DNA of 64,000 nt from Protoeuglena noctilucae (lineage: Eukaryota), in assembly GCA_958009085.1 (NCBI GenBank), contig OY253670.1:744001-808000 (forward strand), read 5' to 3'. The translations under genes were made by a program, and so were the position numbers. Below are positions 13,451-26,000 of this stretch, piece by piece. The stretch's first letter is position 1, and the number at the start of each line of letters is the position of its first letter. A model generated the notes under the pieces. It ran no database searches. It saw nothing but the letters and a program-made list of their open reading frames with translations, and was not told the DNA's origin.

Positions 13451-14953
13451 TCAGTTGCCGTCGCGGATGAACTTGCCGCGGCCCTCGTTGATGGAGGCCA
13501 GGAAGAGGAAGGCGATGAGGGCGAGCAGCAGGGGCTCAGCCTCGTTGAGGGGAATGCCCGTCTCCAGGTTGAGCTGGGCTAGCGCGCCCTTGCCCGTGAC
13601 GGCCTCGCCGATGAGCGACGCGGCGAACCCGAGCTGCGCCACGCGGCCCACGAAGAGCTCGTTGTCCTTGGAGAACTGGCCGAAGCCGCTGACGCCGAAG
13701 AACTTCTTGGGCTCGACCATGCTGATGCTGTTGTCCTGCAGCGGACCCGCCGGGCGCTGCAGCGCCTCCTCATCCACGAACCGACCCGACACGGGCGCTG
13801 CGGGGAGGGGGAGAAAGATGTGGATGTCAAGTGGAGAACAACGCAGTGTGCAGGAGATGCTTGGTCGCTGCGGCTGCCAAGCATGGCATGCTGGCATCCA
13901 GCACAGCAGCGAGTCGAAGACAACCAGGCGCCACACAGCCACTCACTCAGGGCAGCGAGGAGGTTGAAGCCGGCGAGGGCCAGGATGCCGTACTCCACGT
14001 CCTGGATCGGCACGCCCGTCTCGTACCCGAGCTGGGCCAGCGGGCCCAGGCCAGTGAGGAGCTCACCCGCCAGGCTCAGCGCCCAGCCCACCTGCGTATG
14101 GAGAGAGCGTGGCGGTGTCGGCGAGGGGCAGCGTCTCACGACGTGCTGGCCACCCTCCCGGGCCGCGCTGTGCATCTCACCATGGCCATCCGCCCCACGA
14201 ACAGCTCGTTGGCGGCGGTGAAGCCGATCTCGACGGGGATGCCCTTGGCGTTCTTGGACTGGATGCCGGGGAGCGTGATGTTGAAGCGCTGGGCCGGCGC
14301 CAGCTTGACGTCCGAGGCCTTGCCGGACTTGGTGGCCTTCTTGGTGGCTGGCGACACGCGCAGGCTCTTGGTGCCGCCCTTCGCGGGCTTGGTCGAGGTC
14401 GACCCCGCGAGGCGCTCGCGGAGGCCGCCGAGAACCGCCGTCACCCTGCGGGGGGGGCGTGGCGCGGGGGCTCGTCGTGTTTGGGCGGGTGGGTCCAGGG
14501 CTGCCCTGTACGAGGCATCCAAGTGCGCGACGCACGACGCATCCCCGGGCAAAAAACGCCACCCCGCAATATATTTAGCAACTGTGCGACGGGTGGGGCC
14601 CTCAAATGGAAAAAGACACGCGGCCCCGGGCCGAATGGACCCAGGCTTCCCGGAGCCACGAGTCCAGGCCCCGCGGGAACCGCGTGTTGGCAACCGCACA
14701 GCGCCTCAGGCCTCGCTCCACGGACAAATACGCCCAAGAAAACGCGCCTGGGGCGCCTCGCTGCCCGCTCTTTTGGGCCAGGGGGAAGCTGTCGACCCCC
14801 GATGGTTGGCTTCCGCAGCCCGCCAGCCCGCCGCATCGAGCCAGCAGCTCGCAGCACCAGCCTCGTCAGTCGCATCAAAGAGGGGAGCCTGGGGCCGTCC
14901 TCAAAGCCCGGCCGCGCTCGCTAAGCCCTGTGGTAGACTCGCCTGAGGGACAT
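13451..14953 (-). CDS. PSBS: Photosystem II subunit S (4-helix LHC-superfamily NPQ protein), plastid precursor
   Basis: Two internal repeats, GFTAANELFVGRMAMVG...GPLAQLGYETG and FSKDNELFVGRVAQLGF...GALAQLNLETG, follow a Lys/Ser/Thr-rich transit peptide. Start inferred at acaATG TCC CTC AG|gcgagt. Confidence 0.9.
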
Positions 14954-15316
14954 TGTAGAAGTCGGGGGTAAACGCTTGAGTGCGTTCAGATGATCGTCTC
15001 GTCGATCAGGAACTGGCCCGCGCGTGTGCGCCCCGCGGCTATTTGAGGGCTCCGGTTGAGCCAGGTTTTTGCCCTTGTGTCTGGCACTGGCAGGCCCGGA
15101 AGCCTCCTGTCCCCGGTTCCGCCCCTGTTCGGCCCTAGCAGAACCTGCCTGCATTCCCGCTGCCCAGTGCTTCTGGCTTTGGCAGCAGTGCTGGCCGTGT
15201 GGGCACGACTCGTCAGCACCACAGCCGCAGCCGCGTGCTTACTGTTGAGATTTCCAGAAAAAGAGAAAACCAAGACAGCCCAGTTCACAAATTTAAGAAG
15301 AACGCCCGCGGCGCCA

Positions 15317-18300
15317 TCAAACCGCCATGCCTCCCACCGCCCGCGTCAGGGCGTCCACACCCGAAGCCCCCGCCTGCCGCAGGAAGCCGTTGTAGTCGAG
15401 CCTCCCGGCCAGGCTGAGCAGCGCCTGGTCGTTGGACACGTGGGTGAGCAGGAAACCGATCAGCTGCGGCGAACGGCGCGGTTGCTGGGATCGGCGGGCA
15501 GAGGCCGAGCAAGGCCGCCGGGCAGCAGCCCATCTATCAGGGCAGTCACCTGACTGCACTTGGTGGCAAAGTCCTTCCGCCGCGCCGCGATCGCGCGCGG
15601 GAGCTCCGGCTGCATCAGCTTCGCGACAATCTCGTCGGGGAGGGCGTCGCGCTGAATGATCGAGCTGACCAGCATCGCGAACTCCCCGCACGTGCCCAGC
15701 ACGCTGTAGATCTGGAACAGCATGCTCCCGGGGGAATCCGTCTGCGGAAGGAATGAAGAGAGTGTGTTATCTAGCAGGTCGCAGCTCTGATGTGCGCTCA
15801 TCAAGCACGCAGAGCCCACCCGTCACCTGGTACATGAGCAGGGTGACGACGGACGTCTCGAGGAAGCGCAGGTGCGCCGCGATGGCCTCGTCGACGTTCT
15901 TGGCGGCCCCGATCTTCTCAATCATGTCCTCGAACCCGGGGTCCAACACCTGCGTCGGTCATGAGGGGCAGTGTCGTGTTGTGGTCAAACGATGACGACG
16001 CAGCGTGGGTACCAGCACCAGCACCAGGGCTTCCGCCCCCCTCGCCCCGCCCCTCACCTCGAGGAACATGTAGCTCTGATACTGCTGCAGGACCTGGGTC
16101 ATGTGCTGCAGGAGACCCTGCAGCGACGACACCACCGACGCGAGGGCGGGGTCACGGGTGGCGCGGCACGCCTTGATCCTGCGGCGAGGGTCGATCGCGC
16201 GATGGATGCCCGCGGGGCAATGTCGAATTCTGCTTGCGACTCAGCTCCCGACGAGTTCTTGCGAGGACACGACCAGGCTGTCCACTAATGGACAAGCGCC
16301 CTGACTCACCCCATGATGGCGGCGCAGAGCTTGCGCTCGATGTTCTTGATGTACAGGACGTGCCGGAACAGGAGGCGGTAGCAGAGCAGGGCCCGGTGCG
16401 AGATGACGAGGGCGGCGGGGCCGTCGACCTTGCACGACAGCACCAGGCAGTCGATCGCACGCTTCTGCATCGCAACACAGGGGTGACACGTGGCACCCAG
16501 GACCGCGTCTGCTTGAAAAGCACACCCAAGTTCTGCGCCTCACGTTCTTGTCGACCTTGTCCGTGTCCTCCTGGCCGAGAAAAAGGACCTTGAGCGTGCG
16601 CGTGATGCTGTAGTAGTCCCACGCCACCCCAAAGTCCTCCGCGAAGGGATCCGTCGATGCGCCCGTGGTCCGCACGGCCACGTCGAACAGAGCCTCCACG
16701 CTCTCCTTCTTGCACACCATGATCGACTTGCTGAGCTCGGCGTCTGCCAGGTCCACAAAGTGCATTAAGAAGTCGCCTTGAGCCGTCAGGTAGAACTTCC
16801 TGCGAAGGGCGATGGCATCATCACAGTCTCGCCCGTGCCAGGACCCGGGTCCGACCCGGCGGCATCGCACGATCGGCCCGCGTCATGCATGCTCAAGGGC
16901 CCGCCACTCGCCTCAGGGACTGCAGCCGCGCGACCAGATTGCCGTCCTCGCGCACCACCCGCATCAGCCTCGCCGACGCCGTCTCGTGCGCCGCCACGAG
17001 GGCGTCCCGCAGAGGGCGCGGGTCCGGAGAGTAGCGCAGCCGCGTTCCCGCGGGCAGGGGCGGCTCTCCGTCCGCACGCAGCTCCTTCAGGGCGTTCAGG
17101 TACTTGCCCGTCCGCAGCACGAGGTCAGCCAGGGGTTCCAAGAAGGACGGCACCTTGGGCCTGAGCTTGAACCTGGGCGCATATCACGGGGACCCTCGTT
17201 GAGACCGTAGGCCATGTACGGGCACCGCCGGGGGTGGCAACGGGGGCGGCAAGAGTGCCACGTGATCAGCCCCGCCGGGTAGTCTGTTGGGCAGGGTCTG
17301 GCCCGCCCGGCGTCTCTCTGTGAATCTCCCAACCCAGCCATCTCATGCCCCGGCACGCACCTGGAGGTCCACCAGTCCGACATGGTGCTGTTGGGCTTGG
17401 GCACATACGAGGCGCTCTCCTCCACGAGGAACTCCTGGTACGGGTCGTCCAGGGCGCCCTCCGCGACCCACCGGTGCAGGATGCGCAGGTACGGCTCGCA
17501 GGTGGCCGCCAGGAGCTCGCGAAGGACACCCCGCGCGAAGGGCGTCCCCGCCGTGCGGGCCTCCGTGTCGGACAAAAGGTTGAGTACGTCCGCCCCGGCG
17601 AGCGACCGCTCGGCGACCTCGGTCACCACGGAGGCCAGCAGATCCAAGGCTGACAATGCGGGCTGGCTGCGGGCGTGGTGACGGAGTCGCTGTTACTCGG
17701 CCGCCGCACGCCGCCCTTCGCCAACCGAGGCCGGGGGAGTTGAACTCACCAATAGTAGAGCATGCTTTGGAGGGTCAGGCGCCCCATGCGCCACTGGTGC
17801 TCGAGCTGGGCCACCAGGACGCCCCAATCGCTCAGGTACTGCCCCATCACGGCCGCCAGAGCCTGGCACACGAGCCCGCGCGGGGACATGGATCGTGTCT
17901 GCGGGTTTGGCGGAGATGTAAGCAGCGTCTGGACAGCGCATGGCTCACCGTTGTTCCTGCCAGCGCACACGAGGCCACCGCGACAGGGTGGAATACCCGG
18001 TGATGCCCCACCTGCACGAAGCGGCGGACCAGGAGAGCGCTGCGGCAGACGGGCAGCAAACGCAGCGCGAGCTCCTCGAGGGACGGCTCGAGCCCAGGCG
18101 CGAGGGAGAAGCAGGGCGACCCGGTGTCATCGTTGCGTGCCAGCCGCACGTAGCGGCCGGGGAACCCCAGGGCCGCAAAGAGGAGGTCGTCGATGACGAG
18201 CTGCTCCTGCACGGCGGGCGGGAAGGTCGACAGCGGCGCGCACGAGGTCTCCGCGTCTGCCGCGCCCTCCTCCAAATGCCGCAGCACGTGGTCCCCGGAA

Positions 18301-19644
18301 AGGAAGTCCCTGTCTGCGAAGAACACGGCACGGCAGCACACACGTGGGCTCGCGCACGCACCGCGCAGAGAAAGTCCCACGGCTCGATGCGCGCCCTCAC
18401 CGACGAGCCACCGTGGCATGGGGTGGTCGCCGGTCAGACTGACGCTGGAGGCACGCAGGGGTTCCAGAAGATCGCCGACGGCCGCCAGAAGCTCCCCGAC
18501 GGCCCCCGTGCCCGCAGCGCCCCCATTCCCTGCCCTTGAGCCGGCATGGGCGTCCATGGGGCCATCGCCGAAGCCGTCCTGGCCCGTGGGCGACGTTGGG
18601 CGGGGCGACGCCTGGAAGAGCAGGTTGTCGCGCATGGACAGCCGGGCACCCTCGGCCGGGCGCTCCGAGGCCGCGGAGATGGCGGAGATGTCGACGGAGG
18701 TGGCAACGGACTCGGCGCCCAGCCTGCAGGGGCCGACGATGAGCGCTGTCAGCGCGTGTGATGGAGCTGCAGTGCGGTGATAGGGCTCCCGGTGCATCGC
18801 GCGTCGCACCTGTCGTGCCGAGGGCCCGCCCCTGAGGGCTTGGCGAAGGCTCCCATGTCGTGCCGGATGTTGATGTCCCCCTGCCGCAGGGCCTCGCGAG
18901 GCGCCGGCCGCGGTGCATGCCGGCTGATAGCGGCAGACAACGAGTGATCCTGGGCGATCTTCTCTAGGATGCAGACGAAGTTGTTGAGCCCTGCGAGCAC
19001 AGCGCAGGGTGCATGGTGGGCTGGCCGTCCGATGCGGGCCCGGAGCTCGCCGCAGGCACGGATCCTGTTCTCGCCTGCCACGTTTCGAGACTTGAGGTCC
19101 TTGTATTTCATCTGCAAGGCCTCTGGGTTCTGCGACTTCTTCGCGAGGGTGTCGAGTGCGCGCTGGGTCGCGGCGTCCGACAGCGCGAACTTGTCGCCAA
19201 CCTGCGGTGCAGAGATGCGACGGGGACTTGCATGTGTCCCTGCCAGCGAAGCGGACGCATCGTCTCCGGCCCAGCCGCAGGATATTGGGACCGGAAATGT
19301 CCGTGCCCCTCCGTGGCACTCGCCTGCCGAGCCAGCAGCCCAGCCATCGTGTCCAGCTTGAACTGCGCAATCTCTGCATCGGGCGTCACGTTCCTCGCTG
19401 CGGACAGCGGAAGGCGCTTGGTGTGAGAGTCCGCCGGCCACTTCAACAGGCTGCCCCAGCTGATTCACGTACGCGACACGCTAGCGCGGATCAGAGTGAT
19501 GCCGATGATGGAACGGACCCCGAGGGCGCTCGTCTCAGCCCCTGCAGACCCAACGAATCCTGCCCCACCTTGGCCCACACCCTTTGCGAAAGCCGCCAGC
19601 ACCGGCTTCAGCGCGTCCCGATACGCATCCGTCGGCTCCTCCAT
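15317..19644 (-). CDS. GCP2: Gamma-tubulin complex component, GCP2/Spc97-like
   Basis: GRIP1/GRIP2-type motifs QEQLVIDDLLFAALGFPGRY, LTLQSMLYYC, ILHRWVAEGALDDPYQEFLV, PSFLEPLADLVLRTGKYLN, KFYLTAQGDFLMHFVDLA and the C-terminal LAGRLDYNGF. Confidence 0.88.
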
Positions 19645-20033
19645 CGTGACCTGTGCTTCCCGTGCACCGCGCAAACCGCGGCCCGCGGGCGGTCGCCCTC
19701 CCTACCGGGGCAGCCCCAGGACGTCACGTGGCCCAGTTTGAACTCAGAGAGAGGCTCGCTGCTATGGACTCCACGGTCGCGTCGAGCGGCCGAAGAAGAC
19801 GCGACTGGCGCCGCGGGACGGCGGCCAGCGCGGGGGAGGACACCGACGCGCGCGTGTCAGAAGCGCGCTCTGAAGTTTCGCGGGGCGGAAAGCCTGCCTG
19901 GCGCTGGTCGCCGTCGCCAATGTCTTGCTGATTGATGTACTAGCTCCCTGCATATCGCTGCGACATGGACGGCTCTGCTGGCCAACGATAGCGCGCGGTT
20001 CCTGGCCGGTAGGCCGCCGGGCCTGCGTCCGCC

Positions 20034-23000
20034 ATGGCCAGCGAAAAGCAGTTGAAGGACGTTCCTCTCGGGAATGCCTTCAAGCAGGCTCTGTACCTCA
20101 AGCAGGAGGTGAGCGGTGACATGTCGAGACGGGGTGGAGCGGCCGCCCGCTGTCACGGGCTGGCTCGCATCCACCACGCGAGCTCGATCTGATATTGCTG
20201 GGGTCGCGAACAATGGATTGACGCCGGGTTCCCGCGCTCGCGCGGCGCGGGCTCAGCAATGGGATGCAAAGCACTGGAAGTCTTCGCGCGGAGCGATGCT
20301 ACTGTGCAGCGGTGTATGGCTCCCAATGATGGTCGCGCATGACTCTCGCCCGGAGCGCTTGCCTGCAGGTCAGCCTGGCAGGAACGCAAGGCCCGCTCAT
20401 CCGAACTCCGCCCGAGCTCTCGAACCTCGCGAATGCGCGCCACTCGGGGGCGCCGGCGCTCCCCGCCGTGCGGAGCGCGTCGGGTGTTCCCGCGGGATCG
20501 GGGAGGCGCGTGGGACCGGCACTTCCCCCGCCTTCAGCGACGGCCACGGTCCGCCAGGGGGTCACCGTCTTTCTGCCGGCCTCCACCGCCGGCCGCGCAG
20601 ACCGCGAGGCCCCTGACTTGGCCCGCTCCCGCACGAGGGGTGCTGCGGCTGCCATTCTAGCGCCGAGGAGGCCCCCTCCCGCCGCTCCTACGGGCGCGGA
20701 GTCCTCCGCAACCGACATGCCGGCGATGCCTCGCCTCACCCACCGCCGAAGCCTGCGCACCGTGAGCCTGGCGGCCGCCGCGCATGCGCCGCACGTTTAC
20801 TATGTCACTGTGTGCGCGCGGCTCACAGCTGCACCTCGCCGTCGCCCGCAGGGATCGCAAGTCGAGGACCTGATGGGGAGCGACTTGGCGGAGATCAGCG
20901 ACCGCTTCCACTTGCCGCCGCAACTGGGACGCATCATTCCCGAGAGCGCTTTGCCCTGGTACACCAAGCTCCGCGAACTGGCGGACTTCCAGGACCTCCA
21001 GGACTTCTATTACCTCTGCCCCACCCGCGACTATCGCTCCGACGACAGCTACAGGTGGGGCGCGGCGGCGGATGGCCACGCGGCGCGAGAGCGGTGGTCG
21101 CGAGGCAGGCGTCCGGGTGCAGCCGCGTCACGCCTGCCGCTGTTGCTGGTCCCGCCTGCCACGCCGAGCGTGTGTCATCGTGTGGCGCTTGCGACTCACC
21201 GTGGCCACCGTGGCCCATGACCCGCAGTCCCTTCGACCTCGAGATCCGGTCCTACGTGGACATCGACCGCCACAACTTCTACACCATGTCGTCCCAGGGC
21301 GTCACGCACATGCTCGACGGGGAAGCGGAGTTTTACACGCTCGAGGATTTCGAGAAGGAGTTCTTCCTCTTCCAGGTGAGATGGTGGGATGGCTGCAAAG
21401 ACTTTGGTTGACAACCCCAGTGATCGCTGTCTGAGCAATTGGAGGGGCGCGTGAACCCGCCCTGGCAGCAACACTCAGCCATCCGCGGTGGCTCTTTGTC
21501 CCGTAGACGTTCCGGCGGTTCAAGATCTTCCGGCACTTCAAGGTCTGGTGGTGCTTCGGCCTGTGGCGGGCGAATCTCACGGCGGCCAAGCGCAGCAGGG
21601 CCGTGGCGTCGCTCCAGCAGAAGCTGTTCCTTCTCCACCCCGTCTATCGGTGCGGGCCGCCTGCACCCTTGGCCGCCTAGATCCTTGACTGCATGCGCGA
21701 TCGTCTATGCAAAGGAGTCGTTTGCGTTGATGGCCGCGCAACGAGCGGGCTGTGCTCCATCGTCGCCCACCATGCGTGAAGTCACATGCCGCTGCTCGGT
21801 ACGCCCGCAGGACGGCCACGATGCGGGTCAAGGCGCGATGCATGGAGATCGAGCGCATTAAGGCGGACGCGATGAAGCCCGGAGAGACGCAGACGGGTGA
21901 GGGTTGCAGGCCCCAGGCGTGGGGAAGGGCCCGTGCTTGTGCGGAGGGTTCTAAAGCAAGCGACAATGAGCGGTGTTGCATGAATGCCCCTTCCACAGCG
22001 ATCCGCTAACAGACCTCGTTTCCATCTTTGCCCGTGAGCGTCCCTTGCCTTTCTGACAGCTCCCCGCCTTTCCTCTGCCCCCGCAGTGTCCCAGTTCACA
22101 AGCGCGAGCCGGCAGAGCGCGGAGGCGGCGCACCGGCACGTGGCTCGCGCGCTCGCGCAGGTGGAGGCTGTCCTGGTGGAGTCGTGCTCCCACGTGCTCG
22201 GCGTCGTCGATGCGAGCGGGGGCGCACGGGCGGCCATCAAGCAGAGCGCCAAGCAGGCCATGAAGAACTGGTCCGAGGTCCTCCGCGCCCTGGGAGTCGA
22301 CCGCCACGTGACCGAGCTCGGGTTCGCTCTGGAGCAGCAGAGCCAGAGCCAGACGCCCCGCGGCGCGCTGGCGCGGGCGGTGGCCAAGCTCCTTCGGTAC
22401 CGTGTGACGGGCAAGCGGATGTCGAGGGAAACGGACGACGAGTCGGGCGGGGACGGCGCGGAGGAGGCGCTGGAGGCGGAGGCGAGCGCCTTCCTGCAGA
22501 GCGTGACGGACGGCAAGCGCCGCCGGGTGGGGCCACCCTCCTGGGCCGCGGAGTACGTGGCTGCGGGAGGGTCCATGTCTGACTTTGACGACAGCGACGA
22601 CGAGAGCGGTAATGGCCGCGCGGCGGGGGCGGGCGGGGCGCGGGAGGAGGGCGCAGAGGACGACGCGCCGGGAGACAACGCACGGCCCCCGGCGCCCAAG
22701 CTGCTCAAGGGCAAGACGCTCATGTCCTCCGTCGTGCCTCTGGTTGTCGGCATGTCCCGCGACTCGTCGGAATACCAGGTGTGCGGGCGTGCGGGGTGCG
22801 GGAGTGGCCTCACAGTTTGCACTCATAGCAGCGGTGCAAGGTGCGATGAGTGGTGTGTCTGTCCGAGTTATGCTTTCCTGGTATCGTCGCGGCGCAGGTC
22901 AAGCCGCGGGAGTGGTACATGATCAACAAGCTGAAGGAGAGGGAGCACGAGCGCATGGTGCGTTTCGTCAAGATGGTCGACTGCATGGTGCGGTCCTCTC

Positions 23001-26000
23001 TCGAGCACTTGCTCTCAGAGGCCATGCGGGGCGTGCTGGGGAGCCTCACGCCCTTCCTCGGGGCAGAGGAGATTAAGCCCTTGAACCCCCTGAGGACCTT
23101 CCTCAGCCGCGCGACTTTCGACGAATGGGAGGAGTACCATGCCAACACAGGCGAGGGACACGCTGTGGTAAGCGATTGGCAGATGCGTGGAGCAGACCGA
23201 TGACTGCGAGTCGTCCGTTTACGCAGGACCGCCCCGTCCCAAAGTCGGCGCGGCGCTACTGACGTGGCACCCGCCCCTGCTCCCGGCGGAGCCTGCGCCG
23301 GGGGGTTTCCCCCGCCGCTTTTCGAAATCCACCTGACGCTCGGCTCTGACAAGGAGCGCGCGGTGGAGTACTCGCCGAGCCAGAGGTGCGCGTCTTGCCT
23401 ACTGCGCCTCAAGTACCACCTTCCCGTTACGCGCACCGCCACTCGTGATGACCAATGACTGGTCTCCCGTCCCGCAGTGCGGTGTTGGCGGCGGTGGAGG
23501 AGGCGATGAAGCTGCTGTGCGGCGTGTGCCAGGGCCACCGGCGCATGCTGTTCCGAGAGGCCATGGAGCCGTACCTGGGCAACCGGCGTAAGAAACTGCG
23601 TAGGAAACGCAGGGACAAGGCGTCGGCGGAGAGCACGCTCATGGACCCGGAGCTGCGGGAGCTGGAGAAGGAGCTGCAGTCGTCGGAGGAGGAGACGGAC
23701 GAACAGGCGGAGCACCGGATGACTTACTGGCAGGTGAGGGCCCAGGGGCGGGTAGTGTCTGCTGGTGGTGTCTCATGTGGGCCGTGGGATTGTGAGTGGT
23801 GTGCGCTGCTCCTGCAAGCGCTTCGCAAATGTTACTGCGCAAGGTGACGTGCGGGACAAGGCATGACGCGGCTGTGCTACCGAGAGGACAGAGGCAACGG
23901 GGGTGCTTTCCCTTTCACCGACACCCTTCGGCATTCATGCGCCCTCTCAGGTCCTCACGACCTTCTCGGAGACGCCGGTGATGGCTGAGGTGCTGGAGAG
24001 TGCCGAGAGCATGCTGCGGTCCCTGGAGCCATTCAAGACATGGCTGGAGCCGATCCGGGCCCTCGTGGTCGGCAACGACGCGTGGACGGGCGAGAGCATC
24101 TGGGAGGACTACGCGGCCGGGAAGGACCTGGAGGCGTTCCGTGGGGACATCAGCTTCCTGCGAAAGCAGCGGGACGTGCTGTCCCAGCTGCTCCAGGCGT
24201 GCTGCGTGGGGGCCGTGCAGGTCGTGCTTCGGAGGTTCAAGCGCGTGGCGCTGCCGAGCCCGCAAGGCGCCCTCGACACGATCGCCGCGACGTTGCCGGA
24301 GATCGCCTGCAAGAACCTCGTCAACCTGTCCGAGGAGATTGCCAGCTCCACCGTCCGCATGCGCACCATCCCCAGGTGCGGTTTGCGTGCTCAATCCACA
24401 CGACGCGATGTCGCACCGGACCCTACCCCCGCTTCTGTGCCGACTCGTCACTCGCTTGGATGGCGCCAGGGCCGCTCCCGCCCCTTCCGCCTGCCACGCA
24501 CCACCCACCACTTGTCGCCTTGCAACACCCATCCACCGCGTGCTCACCCTGTCTCTCTGCCTGTCCTCGCCTGCAGCACTGCCCAAGACTTCAGCGAGTT
24601 CCTCATGTTCCTGAAGCGCTGCAAGGGCAAGCTGCCGGACCTGGAGGAGAACGTGCAGGGCATCCACGCCTTCTACTCGATGCTGAAACGCCAGGAGGTG
24701 CCAGTCCCCGACGTGCACCTGGCGCAGTACCAGATGATCAACATCGACCTGGAGAGGTACAAGCTGGCGCTGGGGCGGGCCGAGGACGACAAGGACGCGC
24801 ACATCTCGGTGTTCGAGAGGGACCTCAAAAAGGAAGTTGAGGAGCTTAATGCCCGGACGGAGTCCGCGAGCCGCGACGTGACCATGGAGTGGATCCTGGA
24901 GACCGTGCACATTGGGCACGAGGCGCCGGTGATCGAGATGACCGGCAACATCAAGCGGTCGGTCCTGGCCATCACAGAGCAGGCCGCGCGCGTCCGCAAG
25001 TACCAGCGACTCTTCGACCTGGAGGTGAGACGCGGGCACGAGTGGCGAATGCCGATCCCTCGCAGGCGAAACCCTGAAAGAGATCGTCTGAATGGTCTTT
25101 ATCTGCGATGCGCCATTGCCAGCATCGGGGCAGCTGCAGGGGCACACGCACCGCACCTGCTATGTGCCACCCACGTCTTCTGTCGTCCCTGCCACTCCGC
25201 AGGTGACCAACTTCCCGGACCTGGACAGCATCGCGGAGGAGATTGACTTGAAACACCGCCTCTGGCAGTCCCTCGAGTCGATCGGGGACCTTTCGGCCGA
25301 GTGGCAGCAGGCGGTGCTGCTGAGCCTGGACGTGCCGGCGGTGCAGGCCGAGGTCTCGAAGCTCTCGCAGCTCGTCATGCGGTGCGAGCGGTCCATGCCC
25401 AGCAGCGAGGTGGTGCAGACGCTGCGCAGCCGCGTGCAGACGTGGAGGGACGTCCTGCCCGTCATCCAGGCGAGGCATCGATCCGCTTTGCCGGCCGGCG
25501 ATGTAGTCGCTGCCGATTGCTGTCACGAGTCTTCTCATCAGCGTGTGTCACGCCGCCAACCGCCCCGCCCCACGCACTGACAACCAGAACTCGCTTATGC
25601 TTACACTGCTCCCGCAGGCCCTGCACAACCCCGACCTCAAGGCGCGGCATTACGAGCGGATGGCGGTGGTGCTGGGCACGCGCATCGACCAGGACGACGC
25701 CTTCACCGTCTCCCATCTGCTGGACCCCCCGTCGCTGTCATGCGCGATGCCCTTCTGGCCGTGTCGGAGGAGGCGTCGCAGGAGGCGTCCCTGGAGGCGA
25801 TGCTGCGGAAAGTGCAGGACCGGTGAGCAGCGTGGCTGCGGCAGTGGCAACACCCAGACCTTGCAGACGCATGCAACCCTCATGCTGCACTTGCCATGGC
25901 ATGCAACCCTCGTGCTACATGCCCGCCAGTAGATGCAGTCCTTGCATCGACTTGCCGCACCACCCCTGCAATTTGGCAGCCACCGCTACCCCTCACCATC

